Sequence record: SRR33789315_68
DNA length: 62,205 bases
Strand: one strand, 5' to 3'
Part shown: positions 10,276-20,523 of the stretch, piece after piece
How positions within the stretch are numbered: position 1 is the stretch's first letter
Layout of the letters: each line of letters starts with the position of its first letter
Program-made: the position numbers and the translations under genes
Notes under the pieces: model-generated
Told to the model about the DNA's origin: nothing
Databases searched by the model: none
Seen by the model: only the letters and a program-made list of their open reading frames with translations

Positions 10276-11583
10276 TTAACCGTCCTTATAACAGGGTAAA
10301 ACAGTCCCTTTGACTTCTCCAAATCCTATCCTGACTCGCCCCTTTTGTGCGCAATGCGCCCGCATGATAACCGTGTCGCCATCTTCTAAAAATGTTCGTA
10401 GCTCACCATTCGGCATCGAAATGGCTTTATTACCGCCTTCAGATAACTCAAGTAGTGAACCCGCTTGTTCTGGTGAGGGGCCAGATTGAGTTCCTGTGCC
10501 CAAAATGTCCCCAGGCTGAAGATTGCATCCGTTAATAGTATGATGGGTGACCATTTGTGCCATAGTCCAGTGCGAGTGCTTAAAAGTGCTAGAGCTTAAA
10601 TGGCTTGGTTGGGTCATCTTTGCGGTTTGCAAAAAACAAGATAACTGGATGTCAATTGCACCTCGAAGGCTATTTTTTTCGCTCGTCAAGTAGCTTAAAG
10701 GCTGCTCTCCTTGGGTGTGTAGAAAGGGTACTCGATAAGGTTCGAGCGCTTCTAACGTGACGATCCAAGGTGACAACGTGGTGGCAAAGTTTTTACCTAG
10801 AAATGGGCCTAAGGGCTGGTATTCCCACGCTTGTATATCCCTAGCTGACCAATCATTTAACAAACCTATTCCAAATATGTGTTGTTCCGCCGATTCAATT
10901 GGAATTGATTGCCCTAAGTCATTGCCTGAACCGATGTAAACCGCCAATTCTAATTCGTAATCCATTTTCTGGCTTGGTCCGAGATAGGGAGATGGCTCTC
11001 CATCACTTTTTAGTTGTCCCTTAGGGCGATGAAATTTTTGTCCGGATATTTGAATGGATGATGCTCTGCCATGATAGCCAATTGGGATCCAATGGTAATT
11101 AGGTAAAAGAGGGTTATCAGGACGGAATAAAGCGCCTACTGCTTGAGCATGATACATCGAGGTATAAAAGTCAGTATAGTCTCCAACTTGGCAAGGTAAC
11201 GAAAATTCTGCCTTGGTTTGCGGTAACAGGCAATCAATGACTTGTTGTTCTACCGACGACCCTTTTTTTAGCAATTTAAATAGTGCTAACCTAAGACTTG
11301 ACCAAGCAGCGGCCCCCATGGCCATAAAGTCGTTTAAAGTTGACTGACTGGCCGCACTGAGTATTCGTTGCATCTTAGGTTCAAATAAATTGCATTTGCA
11401 TAAGGCGGCAAGATCGAGTATTTGCTCACCAATGGCCACCCCACCACGAAACGCTTCGTTTGTTCCTTGCAGTCGAAATACACCAAAAGGTAGATTTTGA
11501 AGAGGAAAATCAGAATCGTCATTATTCGCTGAATTAACCCAGCTTTTCGCCTCTGGATCATGGGTCTGATTTAAGCTTGCCAT
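10276..11583 (-). CDS. fahA: Fumarylacetoacetase
   Basis: DFPLQNLPFG, GDYTDFY, PIGYHGRASS, DYELE, NDWSARDIQAWEYQPLGPFLGK. Confidence 0.95.
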   Translation of the reverse strand: MASLNQTHDPEAKSWVNSANNDDSDFPLQNLPFGVFRLQGTNEAFRGGVAIGEQILDLAALCKCNLFEPKMQRILSAASQSTLNDFMAMGAAAWSSLRLALFKLLKKGSSVEQQVIDCLLPQTKAEFSLPCQVGDYTDFYTSMYHAQAVGALFRPDNPLLPNYHWIPIGYHGRASSIQISGQKFHRPKGQLKSDGEPSPYLGPSQKMDYELELAVYIGSGNDLGQSIPIESAEQHIFGIGLLNDWSARDIQAWEYQPLGPFLGKNFATTLSPWIVTLEALEPYRVPFLHTQGEQPLSYLTSEKNSLRGAIDIQLSCFLQTAKMTQPSHLSSSTFKHSHWTMAQMVTHHTINGCNLQPGDILGTGTQSGPSPEQAGSLLELSEGGNKAISMPNGELRTFLEDGDTVIMRAHCAQKGRVRIGFGEVKGTVLPCYKDG

Positions 11584-11595
11584 GTAGTTTCCTTA

Positions 11596-12894
11596 TTATC
11601 CAGAGACTCGAGCTTGGTCTTGTCTGATATATTTAGAAGCCAGGAAAAACAAAATACTGGCTAGAATTCTCACCGATGGAACGCCTATTAGCGCATATTT
11701 TAGCGCATTAACACCATATTCAGGTGTTAGAGCGTCACTCGCCATTCCAACAATAACGGTGACCAGCGCGGTACCAAAAATACTGCTAAGTAGCAAACCA
11801 ATTGCCGATGCCGTCGCGCGAGTCCGAGCTGGAACACAACTCATTTGCGCAGCAAATGCAGGACCCATATTCATCGAGGCGATAAGACTGCCAAAAAACA
11901 ACAACTGTAATGCTTGTTGCGTGTTATCGACATAAAACACCCCTGTCAAAAATGGAATACTAAGTACGGTGGCAAGCCCAGGTATCCACGCCCTCCAACG
12001 TTCATCTCTTCGCGAAAGAATATCGGATAATTTACCTCCGAATAATGTTCCTATCAGTGTGCCTCCGCCAAAAGCCAAGCCAAAAGACTTACCGACTTCT
12101 GCGATATTCAAATCGTGTACACGAATAAAAAATGTAGGTCCCCATTGTGTCAAGCCCATAGTGACAAACAGTTCAACGATTGCCGCTAAAGTCACAAAAC
12201 AATAGGTTGGCGTGTTGAGTAAACTTTTTAACTGCTGCGACAAAGGAATACCCACTTTATTAAGCTTTTTATTATCAAAGCCACCACGCACGGGTTCGCG
12301 AATAGTGAGTAAAGCAAGCAGTGCGCATAATAATCCAGGAGCACCAATTAAAATAAAAGCCAACCGCCAACCGAAATGTTCAGCTACCATTCCGCCAAGT
12401 ACAAAACCAATTATTGTGCCTAACGGAATGCCGGCCATAAAAATAGCCATGGGGAAAGCGCGCTTTTCTTTAGGGAAGTAATCGGCAATAAGTGAATGCC
12501 CGGTAGGTATACAACCAGCTTCACCTATACCAACGCCAATGCGGGTTATAAATAAGTGGGCATAACTCTGTGCCATTCCGGTTAAAGCGGTAAATCCGCT
12601 CCATATTGCTATCACGACAGCGAGTAATTTGGTCCTTGTGCGTCGGTCAGCGAGTTGGGCTAGTACTAAGCCTGCTGAGGCATAAAATAGGGCAAATGCT
12701 ATGCCGGTTAACCAGCCTAATTGGGTGTCGGTTAAGTCATATTCCAACTTTATAGGTTCTAACACGACAGCGAGTAGCATTCTGTCGATTAAATTAATGG
12801 TGTTTACAAAAAATAGAAAAATAATAACATAACGTAAATAGCCGATTGAAAACTCATTTTTCGCCGAATTTATTTCAGACATCAACAACTCCAC
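11596..12894 (-). CDS. MFS transporter (spinster-like)
   Basis: About 12 TM segments; NLIDR, LADRRTR, RIGVGIGEA motifs; true start may be 12882. Confidence 0.9.
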   Translation of the reverse strand: MELLMSEINSAKNEFSIGYLRYVIIFLFFVNTINLIDRMLLAVVLEPIKLEYDLTDTQLGWLTGIAFALFYASAGLVLAQLADRRTRTKLLAVVIAIWSGFTALTGMAQSYAHLFITRIGVGIGEAGCIPTGHSLIADYFPKEKRAFPMAIFMAGIPLGTIIGFVLGGMVAEHFGWRLAFILIGAPGLLCALLALLTIREPVRGGFDNKKLNKVGIPLSQQLKSLLNTPTYCFVTLAAIVELFVTMGLTQWGPTFFIRVHDLNIAEVGKSFGLAFGGGTLIGTLFGGKLSDILSRRDERWRAWIPGLATVLSIPFLTGVFYVDNTQQALQLLFFGSLIASMNMGPAFAAQMSCVPARTRATASAIGLLLSSIFGTALVTVIVGMASDALTPEYGVNALKYALIGVPSVRILASILFFLASKYIRQDQARVSG

Positions 12895-13202
12895 ATGTGT
12901 TTATGCTACAGCATAGTGTTTAACTACGATCAGCAGTACTAAATTTTAAGGCACTTGATTGGAACCAAATCCTATCACCATTTGCCCACATTTCAATACA
13001 TTAGGCTTACATTTTGGTGTTAATTATTTAACAATTTAATTTTTACATTAACCAATACTATTGATTTTTCTAGAGAATTTAATCTTTTATTACGCCAAAA
13101 TTATTTTCAATAGCCAAGAAAATAACTTAACAAATTTAATTCACTTAAACTATTGTTAATTAGGGATTAATTATCTTTTTGTGACAGATATGTTAATTGT
13201 TA

Positions 13203-13230
13203 TTGACAGTAGGAATATCCGAATTACAAT
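13203..13230 (+). promoter_or_regulatory. Sigma70 promoter for the cyclase operon
   Basis: TTGACA-N16-TACAAT, 25 nt upstream of ATG 13256. Confidence 0.6.
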
Positions 13231-13255
13231 ACACTCATCTTACATCGTGAATAAT

Positions 13256-14068
13256 ATGGAGCAAATTTTGATAGTGAAAGAACCGCAAACTGGGCTTGAA
13301 TTTGTTGAGTTGAGCCACGAATGGGGACATCACACTCCCACTTATCCTGGTTACGATGATGTTAAAATATTTCGTTCAGTAACAATCGCTAAAGATGGAG
13401 TGATGAGTCAGCGAGTTAAGATGACCATGCATTCAAGTACCCATATAAATGCACCAATCCATCTAATTCAAGGCGGATTTGGAGTGGGTGAGTTAGCGAT
13501 GGACCACTTCTTTGGCTCTGGTATTGTACTGGATATCAAGAAAAACAAATGGGAATTAGTTACTGCCGACGATTTGTCCTCGTATGGCGGTAAAATAAAT
13601 GAAGGTGATATAGTCATTATAAACACCGGATGGCATGAAAAATACTCGGATAGCATTGAATATTTTGGCTATTCACCAGGGTTGGATGCCTCTGCTGCAG
13701 AGTGGCTTGTAGCTAAAAAAGTGAAGTTGGTTGGTGTTGATACTGCCAATGTCGATCACCCTTTGGCTACCTCGCTTGGTCTTCACCGTAATGGTCCGCT
13801 GATGAGATATATTGCACCAGAATATGATGCGGAAACAGGTAGAAGCGCTAGAGAAGATTTTCCATTGTGGAATGTTGCCCATAAAATATTACTCAAAAAT
13901 GGTATTCCGACAATAGAAAATGTTGGTGGCGATTTAAATACTATGAATGGTAAACGCTGCACTTTTCAAGCTTATCCTTGGCGCTGGAATGAAGGTGATG
14001 CTTGTGTCATTCGCCTCGTCGCTATAACTGATCCTCAGGGAACTTACCGATTAGCTTCGGGCGAATAA
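13256..14068 (+). CDS. Cyclase-family (kynurenine formamidase-like) metal-dependent enzyme with a variant metal motif
   Basis: HSSTHINAPIH (canonical HxGTHxDxPxH); VGVDTANVDHP; IENVGG; start moved downstream of the promoter. Confidence 0.88.
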   Translation: MEQILIVKEPQTGLEFVELSHEWGHHTPTYPGYDDVKIFRSVTIAKDGVMSQRVKMTMHSSTHINAPIHLIQGGFGVGELAMDHFFGSGIVLDIKKNKWELVTADDLSSYGGKINEGDIVIINTGWHEKYSDSIEYFGYSPGLDASAAEWLVAKKVKLVGVDTANVDHPLATSLGLHRNGPLMRYIAPEYDAETGRSAREDFPLWNVAHKILLKNGIPTIENVGGDLNTMNGKRCTFQAYPWRWNEGDACVIRLVAITDPQGTYRLASGE

Positions 14069-14123
14069 CTGTTGTCTTTCCGTCATTGTTCAATCAAACA
14101 GCCTAATTCATTTGGAGTATTCG

Positions 14124-14927
14124 ATGAGCGCTTCTAACAGCACTAAAAATTTACAATTCTATGACCTAACCCACCATTGGGGGCACGGTATGCCTCAGTG
14201 GCCTTCTAGTTTGGGTATCAAAGCAGATCCAACGCAATTTCACGCTAAACACGGTGTTTTCACTATGGAAATTGATGCAATTATGCATCGTGGCACGCAT
14301 ATGGATGCACCAATTCATGTGACTGAAAATACGCCTTATTTAGATGACTATGATGTCTGGCGTTTTTTTGGTACAGGCGTCGCAGTTTCAATCCCTAAAG
14401 GCAAGTGGGGTGTTATCACCGCTGAAGATTTGGAAAATGCAGAACCAAAGATTCAAAAAGGTGACATTGTTATGATCAATACTGGTTCGCATCATAATTG
14501 GGGCGACAACGATGATTATTTCTCATATTCCCCTGGCTTATATAAAGAAGCCGCACAATGGTTAGTTGAAAAAGGGGTTAAGTTGGTCGGTATCGATGTT
14601 CAAGCTTTAGACCATCCTCTGGGTACCAAGCTAATCAAACATGGCCCTGGTCCTTCGCATCCACACTTGATAGATGAATATAAACAAGAGACTGGCCGCG
14701 ACGTAATGGAAGATTTTCCTGATTGGGAACCGGCTCACAAAGAATTAATGGTTAATGGCGGGATCCCAGGTATTGAGAATATCGGGGGAGACCTAGATAA
14801 AGTGACGGGTAAACGTTGCACATTTATGGCGTTTCCATGGAGATGGCCACAAGGTGATGGTTGTGTTGTCAGGGTTATCGCTGTGATTGATCCGGATCAG
14901 ACATTCCGCATCGAAACGGGTAAGTAA
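14124..14927 (+). CDS. Cyclase-family metallohydrolase, candidate dihydrophloroglucinol cyclohydrolase
   Basis: HRGTHMDAPIH; GIDVQALDHP; GIENIGG; paralogue of the upstream gene; adjacent to a PGR-like SDR. Confidence 0.88.
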   Translation: MSASNSTKNLQFYDLTHHWGHGMPQWPSSLGIKADPTQFHAKHGVFTMEIDAIMHRGTHMDAPIHVTENTPYLDDYDVWRFFGTGVAVSIPKGKWGVITAEDLENAEPKIQKGDIVMINTGSHHNWGDNDDYFSYSPGLYKEAAQWLVEKGVKLVGIDVQALDHPLGTKLIKHGPGPSHPHLIDEYKQETGRDVMEDFPDWEPAHKELMVNGGIPGIENIGGDLDKVTGKRCTFMAFPWRWPQGDGCVVRVIAVIDPDQTFRIETGK

Positions 14928-14969
14928 ATACAACTAACTGTTACAAATATTGAATTCATTAGGAAAATT

Positions 14970-15779
14970 ATGATTTCTGAAGCGATGAAAAACCCCGCTG
15001 CATTGTTTGATGTGAAGGGAAAATCTACTCTTATTACAGGTGCTTCTGGCGCGTTTGGTCGTGCGGTTGCCATTTCAATGGGTGCGATGGGAGCTAAGTT
15101 GACCTTAGCGGCCGGCTCGGAAGAAGAACTTGCTGCTGTTGCGCAAGAAGTGAGAGATGTCGGCGGAGAATGTCAAACTGTTAATCTGCGGCCTGATAGT
15201 TTGGCAAATACCCAAGCAATGGTTGACTTTGCGATAGGGAACTATGGCACGTTGGACAATTTAGTGATTGCCTCTGGTTACAATAAAGCTGGCTTTATTC
15301 ATGAGCAACCACTTGAAGAGTGGGAAGCCATCATGGACGCCAACGTGAAAGGTAATTACATGTTAGCCAAGGCTTATGGTCATTATCGCATAACAAATGG
15401 TCTGAAGGGCGGAAAAGTATTGATGGTTTCTTCTGTGCGAGGAAGACACGGCAATATTTCTGGTTACACCGGCTATTGCACCTCAAAAGGCGCAACCGAT
15501 ATGTTGGTTAAAGTTTTGGCGACAGAGTGGGGTAAATACGGCATCAACGTAAATGCCATCGCTCCAACCGTATTCCGTTCTAAATTGACGGCTTGGATGT
15601 ATGAAGAAGGCAACGAATTGGGCGCAGCGACGCGGAAACGTAGTTTGGCGCGTTTACCTTTGGGACGTTTGGGCGAGCCTGAAGATTTTGTTGGTCCATC
15701 TATTTACCTTTTATCGTCTGCTTCTGATTTTGTTACGGGACAGATCCATTATGTAGACGGTGGTTTTACGGCAGGTTAA
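14970..15779 (+). CDS. SDR oxidoreductase, phloroglucinol-reductase-like
   Basis: TGASGAFG; YCTSK catalytic motif; GYNKA, GYTGYCTSKG, KYGINVN..PTVFRS.LT.WM and DFVG match my recollection of clostridial phloroglucinol reductases. Confidence 0.85.
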   Translation: MISEAMKNPAALFDVKGKSTLITGASGAFGRAVAISMGAMGAKLTLAAGSEEELAAVAQEVRDVGGECQTVNLRPDSLANTQAMVDFAIGNYGTLDNLVIASGYNKAGFIHEQPLEEWEAIMDANVKGNYMLAKAYGHYRITNGLKGGKVLMVSSVRGRHGNISGYTGYCTSKGATDMLVKVLATEWGKYGINVNAIAPTVFRSKLTAWMYEEGNELGAATRKRSLARLPLGRLGEPEDFVGPSIYLLSSASDFVTGQIHYVDGGFTAG

Positions 15780-15782
15780 GTT

Positions 15783-16688
15783 ATGAATATTTCTCATATT
15801 GCTGTAATCGGCGCGGGCCTAATGGGTCATGGCATCGCTCAAGTTTTTGCCCGAGCGGGCTTAAAGGTCAATCTTTACGATACGGATGAATCTCGTTTGG
15901 CATCTGTCATACAAAAAGTTGAAGAGATATGCCATTTGTTGGAACAGTCAACCGATTGTGTTAAACACATATCACTTCATCATGACTTAGCTTCTGCCGT
16001 TGCAGGTGTGCAGTTGGTTATTGAAGCGGGTCCTGAAAAATTAGCAATAAAGCAGCAAATTTTTGAAGAGGTTGAAAAGCACGTATCTGAAAATACTTTG
16101 TTGGCAACCAATACGTCTGTCATACCGATAAAGGATATCGGCCAGCACTTGCAATTCAAACAACGTTTAGTTGGAACACATTTCTGGAATCCACCCTACT
16201 TGATACCTTTGGTTGAAGTGGTTCAAGCAGAGGCGACAGATGTTGAGAATGTAAATATTGTCATAACTGTGTTAAATCAGGTTGGCATGTCTCCGGTACA
16301 TTGTAAAAAGGATGTGCCAGGCTTTATTGGAAATCGTTTGCAGCATGCTTTAAAGCGCGAAGCCATTGCACTGGTTGCTAATGGTATATGTGATGCGGAG
16401 GCTGTCGATACTGTGACTAAACAAGGATTTGGAGCTCGATTGGCTGTAGTAGGTCCGCTGGAGCAATCTGACTATTTAGGCTTGGAATTAACCTACAATA
16501 TACACAAAGTACTCATACCTCATCTCGACAATACGGCAACGGTTCATCCCTACTTGGAACAACTTGTTAATGAGGGCAAAACCGGGATGGCGAAAGGACA
16601 AGGTTTCCGAAAGTGGCCATCGGATGCCACCAAAAAACTGAAATCTAAGCTGGACAAATTTATGTTCGAAAGCAGTAAAAAAACGTAG
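15783..16688 (+). CDS. 3-hydroxyacyl-CoA dehydrogenase family protein (candidate 3-hydroxy-5-oxohexanoate dehydrogenase)
   Basis: GAGLMGHGIA; ATNTS; HFWNPPYLIPLVEVV; GFIGNRLQ. Confidence 0.9.
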   Translation: MNISHIAVIGAGLMGHGIAQVFARAGLKVNLYDTDESRLASVIQKVEEICHLLEQSTDCVKHISLHHDLASAVAGVQLVIEAGPEKLAIKQQIFEEVEKHVSENTLLATNTSVIPIKDIGQHLQFKQRLVGTHFWNPPYLIPLVEVVQAEATDVENVNIVITVLNQVGMSPVHCKKDVPGFIGNRLQHALKREAIALVANGICDAEAVDTVTKQGFGARLAVVGPLEQSDYLGLELTYNIHKVLIPHLDNTATVHPYLEQLVNEGKTGMAKGQGFRKWPSDATKKLKSKLDKFMFESSKKT

Positions 16689-16713
16689 TTCAAAGAATAA
16701 TAAATAGGCACTA

Positions 16714-17502
16714 ATGATGAAACAATATCTTGATATACCCTTTTCCGAAACGGAAAAACGCCAGTTGTTATTAGATATATATCTTCCTGACGACATAGCA
16801 AGACCTCAACTTATCATATGGATACATGGCGGTGCGTGGCTAAAAGGGGATAAACAACCAGCATTACCACTAAAATTGCTTGAACATGGTTTTGCATTAG
16901 CTTGTATTACCTATCGATTTAGTCATGAAGCTTTATTTCCTGCACAACTTGTTGACTGTGTTACTGCCCTCAATTTTTTAAAAGAAAAAAGCGGTGAATA
17001 TGGATATTCGTCAGAAAAAGTAGGGCTTATAGGTTCATCTTCAGGTGGTCACCTTGCGGCATTAATGGGCACGACAAGTAATCAAAATATCCCTGAAAAT
17101 TTCATCGCTAAAGCGTTCCAAGTTGATGCCGTGGTCGATATGTTTGGACCTGTTGATTTTTTGTCTATGCTTGGGCAAGGCATGAAGTTTGATGCAGGTT
17201 CGCCCAAATCTCCTGAATCTAGATTACTTGGTGCGCCCATTGAGAGCGTGCCTGATTTAGTTAAATCCGCGAGCCCAATCACTTATATCAGTGAACTTAC
17301 TCCGCCATTTTTGATTATACATGGGACCAATGATTCATGGGTGCCAATTAATCAAAGCGAACTTCTCTATAGCGCTTTGAAAACAGCCAACAAACAAGTT
17401 GAGTTGATCAAAATAGCAGGGGTAAATCATGAAGATAAAATTTTTTATGCAGATGAAAATATAGCTCAAATAGCCGATTTTTTTAAATCGTCACTAGAAT
17501 AA
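16714..17502 (+). CDS. Alpha/beta hydrolase (esterase/lipase, HSL-like)
   Basis: HGGAW oxyanion motif; GSSSGG nucleophile; HGTND..VP; C-terminal His. Confidence 0.88.
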   Translation: MMKQYLDIPFSETEKRQLLLDIYLPDDIARPQLIIWIHGGAWLKGDKQPALPLKLLEHGFALACITYRFSHEALFPAQLVDCVTALNFLKEKSGEYGYSSEKVGLIGSSSGGHLAALMGTTSNQNIPENFIAKAFQVDAVVDMFGPVDFLSMLGQGMKFDAGSPKSPESRLLGAPIESVPDLVKSASPITYISELTPPFLIIHGTNDSWVPINQSELLYSALKTANKQVELIKIAGVNHEDKIFYADENIAQIADFFKSSLE

Positions 17503-17642
17503 AAGCTACTTCGTTGAGTGCCTATATTTAAATGGCAATACTCAATATTTATAAGCTGAGTATGTAGGACGAGTTTTTGCCCTGAGTTAATTGGTCATAC
17601 ATTCTACTTTTCAGCGGAAAGACAATCTAACGAGGAATTAAT

Positions 17643-19967
17643 GTGAAGACAAAATTAACTTATTGTGCCGTATTACTCGCTTTAAACTTTGGTCATGTAT
17701 CTATTACTATGGCGCAAACCACAGCTAATACAGATGATAATGTGGCTGCTAAATCAACTAATGGTTTAGAGGTTATTGAGATTACATCACAACGTCGAGT
17801 AGAGAACGTTCAAAAGGCGGCGTTAGCCATATCAGCTGTGTCTACTGAGCAACTTGCTCGCAGTGGTGTCACACAACCCGACCAGCTATCTCAACTTGTC
17901 CCTGCATTGCAAATAAATAAAACCGGTGGCTCAGGCAATAGCTTTTATATTCGTGGCGTGGGCACACAAGGCACCAATTCGTTCGCTGAAAATGCAGTTG
18001 CCTTTAATATTGATGGAACCTACATAGGTCGTCCTGTCAGTGTTGTTGGCGCTTTTTTTGATTTAGAAAGATTAGAAGTGTTAAAAGGCCCGCAAGGTAC
18101 TCTTTATGGCAGAAATGCCACGGGTGGGGCAATTAATGTTATTACGCAAAAACCGCAGTTGGGTGTAACCGAAGGTTATGTAACCGCGGGGCTTGGCAAT
18201 TATTCGTCAGAATTGCTAAATGGTGCGGTGAATTTGGACGTTAGTGATAATTCTGCACTGCGGATTGCTGGTCAGATTGTACAACATAATGGTTATCTAT
18301 CTGATGGCTATGACGATGAAGATGGCAAAGCCTTAAGAGTACAGTACTATATTGAACCTACCGCAGATACTGATGTGCTTTTGTCAGGTGATTTCTATCA
18401 TGCCGACGGCGTTGGTGCGGGTAGCGTGTTGGTAGCGGAAGGTTCCCCCGACTTAGATAAACGTATCGGAGGTGCTGATCCTATTAGTATTGCAGCTTTA
18501 GAAGCGTCGCAGTCAGCATCATTTTTTTTAAGTCGGCCTGAATTTGTCAGCACTTACCAAAACTTCCAAACCTTTAATTTCTATGCTGCTGATGAAGGGG
18601 TTGATTATCCAGGATATCAAGATAGCGACTATTGGGGGGTATCGGCCACCGTTAATACGCGTTTTGATTCGGGTACATTGACTATTTTACCGTCATATCG
18701 TGCAACCATACTTGATTCAACCTTCTATTTACCTGGCTTCCCGGTGATTAATAAGGAAGACACTAGTCAAACTTCGCTCGAAGTACGCTTTACCTCCAAT
18801 AACGACTCGCCTTTTCGTTATGTCATAGGAGCCTATTACTTTAATGAAGATCAAAAGGCCATGTTGTGGGCTGAGCCCTTCTCATTTGCTGCCATTGCAT
18901 GGGGGCCTGGAGGTCAGGTTGTTCTCTCCGATTTGGGCACGGATAGTAAAGCGATCTTTGGACAACTCACATATGACCTTTCCAATACCTTAAGGGTGAC
19001 AGCGGGGCTGCGACAAACTAAAGAAAATAAGTCCATGTTAGTGCATCAAGCATCTTTAACCCTATCTAACTATGGTCAATTTGACCTAGATCAGTATGAA
19101 GGGACAGTGGAAGTGACTGGGGATCTTGATTTCGACAATGTGTCTTATCGCCTTGGGTTGGAATATGACGTAGCGGCTGAATCTCTGCTGTACGCCAATG
19201 TGACTTCTGGATTTAAGTCGGGTGGTTTTTTTGCTGATACACAAAACAATACATTTAAACCTGAAGAAATTACCGCCTATACCATAGGTAGTAAAAACCG
19301 TTTTTTAGGCAATGAATTGCAGTTAAATGTGGAGGCATTTTATTGGGACTATCAGGATCAACAAATTAGTTATTTAGGCAATCTTCCATCTGGTAATTTT
19401 GGTTCTTTAACCCGCAATGCTGGGCAGGCTACAGTGAAAGGTGTTGAAGTAGATATCCAGTATATGATGGTGGATGATGGTTTGCTTAAAATGAATGTTC
19501 AGTACCTCGATGCCTATTATGACGATTTTGTTTACGATGGCGCAAGCGAAGATAGTACCGTAACCGATTGCGATACATCCATAAGCGAAAATGATGGGAG
19601 CCTTGTTGTAGATTGTTCGGGCAAACCGGCGATAAACAGTCCTGAGTGGACGTTGAACTTAGGTTATGAACATACACTCGAACTTGAGAATGGTATGTAT
19701 TTAATTGCAGCGCTGTGGCATCACTTTGAAACGAGTCGTTATGTGGACATTGGTTATCGGGAGGAACAACAACAAGGGGCAGCAAGTACTACCGATATAG
19801 CCTTAACCTTTGAATACTCTGATCGTTGGTCAATAACTGCTTATGTAAACAATTTAACCGATGAAACCCTCATTTCTTCTGCCATGGCTCGACCCGGTTC
19901 AGGGGCTGTTTATAGCTCATTAAAGGCGCCTCGTACTTATGGGCTAAAAACAACTTACCGTTTTTAG
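17643..19967 (+). CDS. TonB-dependent receptor 3
   Basis: GTG start with GAGG RBS; EVIEITSQRR; LEVLKGPQGTLYGRNATGG; C-terminal YRF. Confidence 0.93.
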   Translation: MKTKLTYCAVLLALNFGHVSITMAQTTANTDDNVAAKSTNGLEVIEITSQRRVENVQKAALAISAVSTEQLARSGVTQPDQLSQLVPALQINKTGGSGNSFYIRGVGTQGTNSFAENAVAFNIDGTYIGRPVSVVGAFFDLERLEVLKGPQGTLYGRNATGGAINVITQKPQLGVTEGYVTAGLGNYSSELLNGAVNLDVSDNSALRIAGQIVQHNGYLSDGYDDEDGKALRVQYYIEPTADTDVLLSGDFYHADGVGAGSVLVAEGSPDLDKRIGGADPISIAALEASQSASFFLSRPEFVSTYQNFQTFNFYAADEGVDYPGYQDSDYWGVSATVNTRFDSGTLTILPSYRATILDSTFYLPGFPVINKEDTSQTSLEVRFTSNNDSPFRYVIGAYYFNEDQKAMLWAEPFSFAAIAWGPGGQVVLSDLGTDSKAIFGQLTYDLSNTLRVTAGLRQTKENKSMLVHQASLTLSNYGQFDLDQYEGTVEVTGDLDFDNVSYRLGLEYDVAAESLLYANVTSGFKSGGFFADTQNNTFKPEEITAYTIGSKNRFLGNELQLNVEAFYWDYQDQQISYLGNLPSGNFGSLTRNAGQATVKGVEVDIQYMMVDDGLLKMNVQYLDAYYDDFVYDGASEDSTVTDCDTSISENDGSLVVDCSGKPAINSPEWTLNLGYEHTLELENGMYLIAALWHHFETSRYVDIGYREEQQQGAASTTDIALTFEYSDRWSITAYVNNLTDETLISSAMARPGSGAVYSSLKAPRTYGLKTTYRF

Positions 19968-20057
19968 GCATCTAGGGCAAATGTGAATATCCGTCAAGCA
20001 CATAGAAAATTAGATTATTTAGAGCGGATTGATTAACAAGTAACTCAGGAAAGATAG

Positions 20058-20396
20058 ATGAAAGTAACCAAATATGTGAACGCAGAAAGTTACGATGCAC
20101 CTAAGCATTCGTCAATGGTGGCCTACCGTTTACAAGGATTGGAAGCCAGTGATTGTCAGTCATTCTCCGTAGGCCATTCTCACTTCTTGCCCGGTGGAGG
20201 TGCTGAGCTTAGTGCCTCAGCTGTCGAGCGTGTATATGTGGTTACCAGTGGAAAAGTAACCGTAACCTCAGGTACTCAAACCGAGTCTCTGGAGGCGCTT
20301 GATAGTTGCTTTATTCCGGTAGGAGAAAAGCGCAAAGTCATTAACGAAAGTCATGAACCTGCTTCAATGTTAGTCATTGTTCAAAGTCAGGCTTAA
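20058..20396 (+). CDS. Cupin domain protein
   Basis: 112 aa; SHFLPGGGAE...ERVYVVTSG...DSCFIPVGEKR..N. Confidence 0.82.
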   Translation: MKVTKYVNAESYDAPKHSSMVAYRLQGLEASDCQSFSVGHSHFLPGGGAELSASAVERVYVVTSGKVTVTSGTQTESLEALDSCFIPVGEKRKVINESHEPASMLVIVQSQA

Positions 20397-20523
20397 TCAC
20401 AATGAATAATTAAAAACACGCGTAGTCATTTTTTGACGTTTGCATATTTTGATAACAATAATGCAAATTGGATTTTAGTTTAATTGGCTTAATAGTCGGT
20501 TTATCGATTAAAAAGAGGAAATT

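Noticed and set aside
10131-10322. 63-aa ORF overlapping the fahA 3' end
   Set aside because: No recognisable motif or RBS; likely spurious.
10276-11583. Homogentisate (tyrosine) pathway
   Set aside because: No hppD, hmgA or maiA in the window.
13181-13255. Longer ORF-track starts (also 2591, 5087, 6274, 8481, 32460, 52502)
   Set aside because: These extensions overlap promoters or upstream genes, or precede the signal peptide; downstream starts have better RBS or context.
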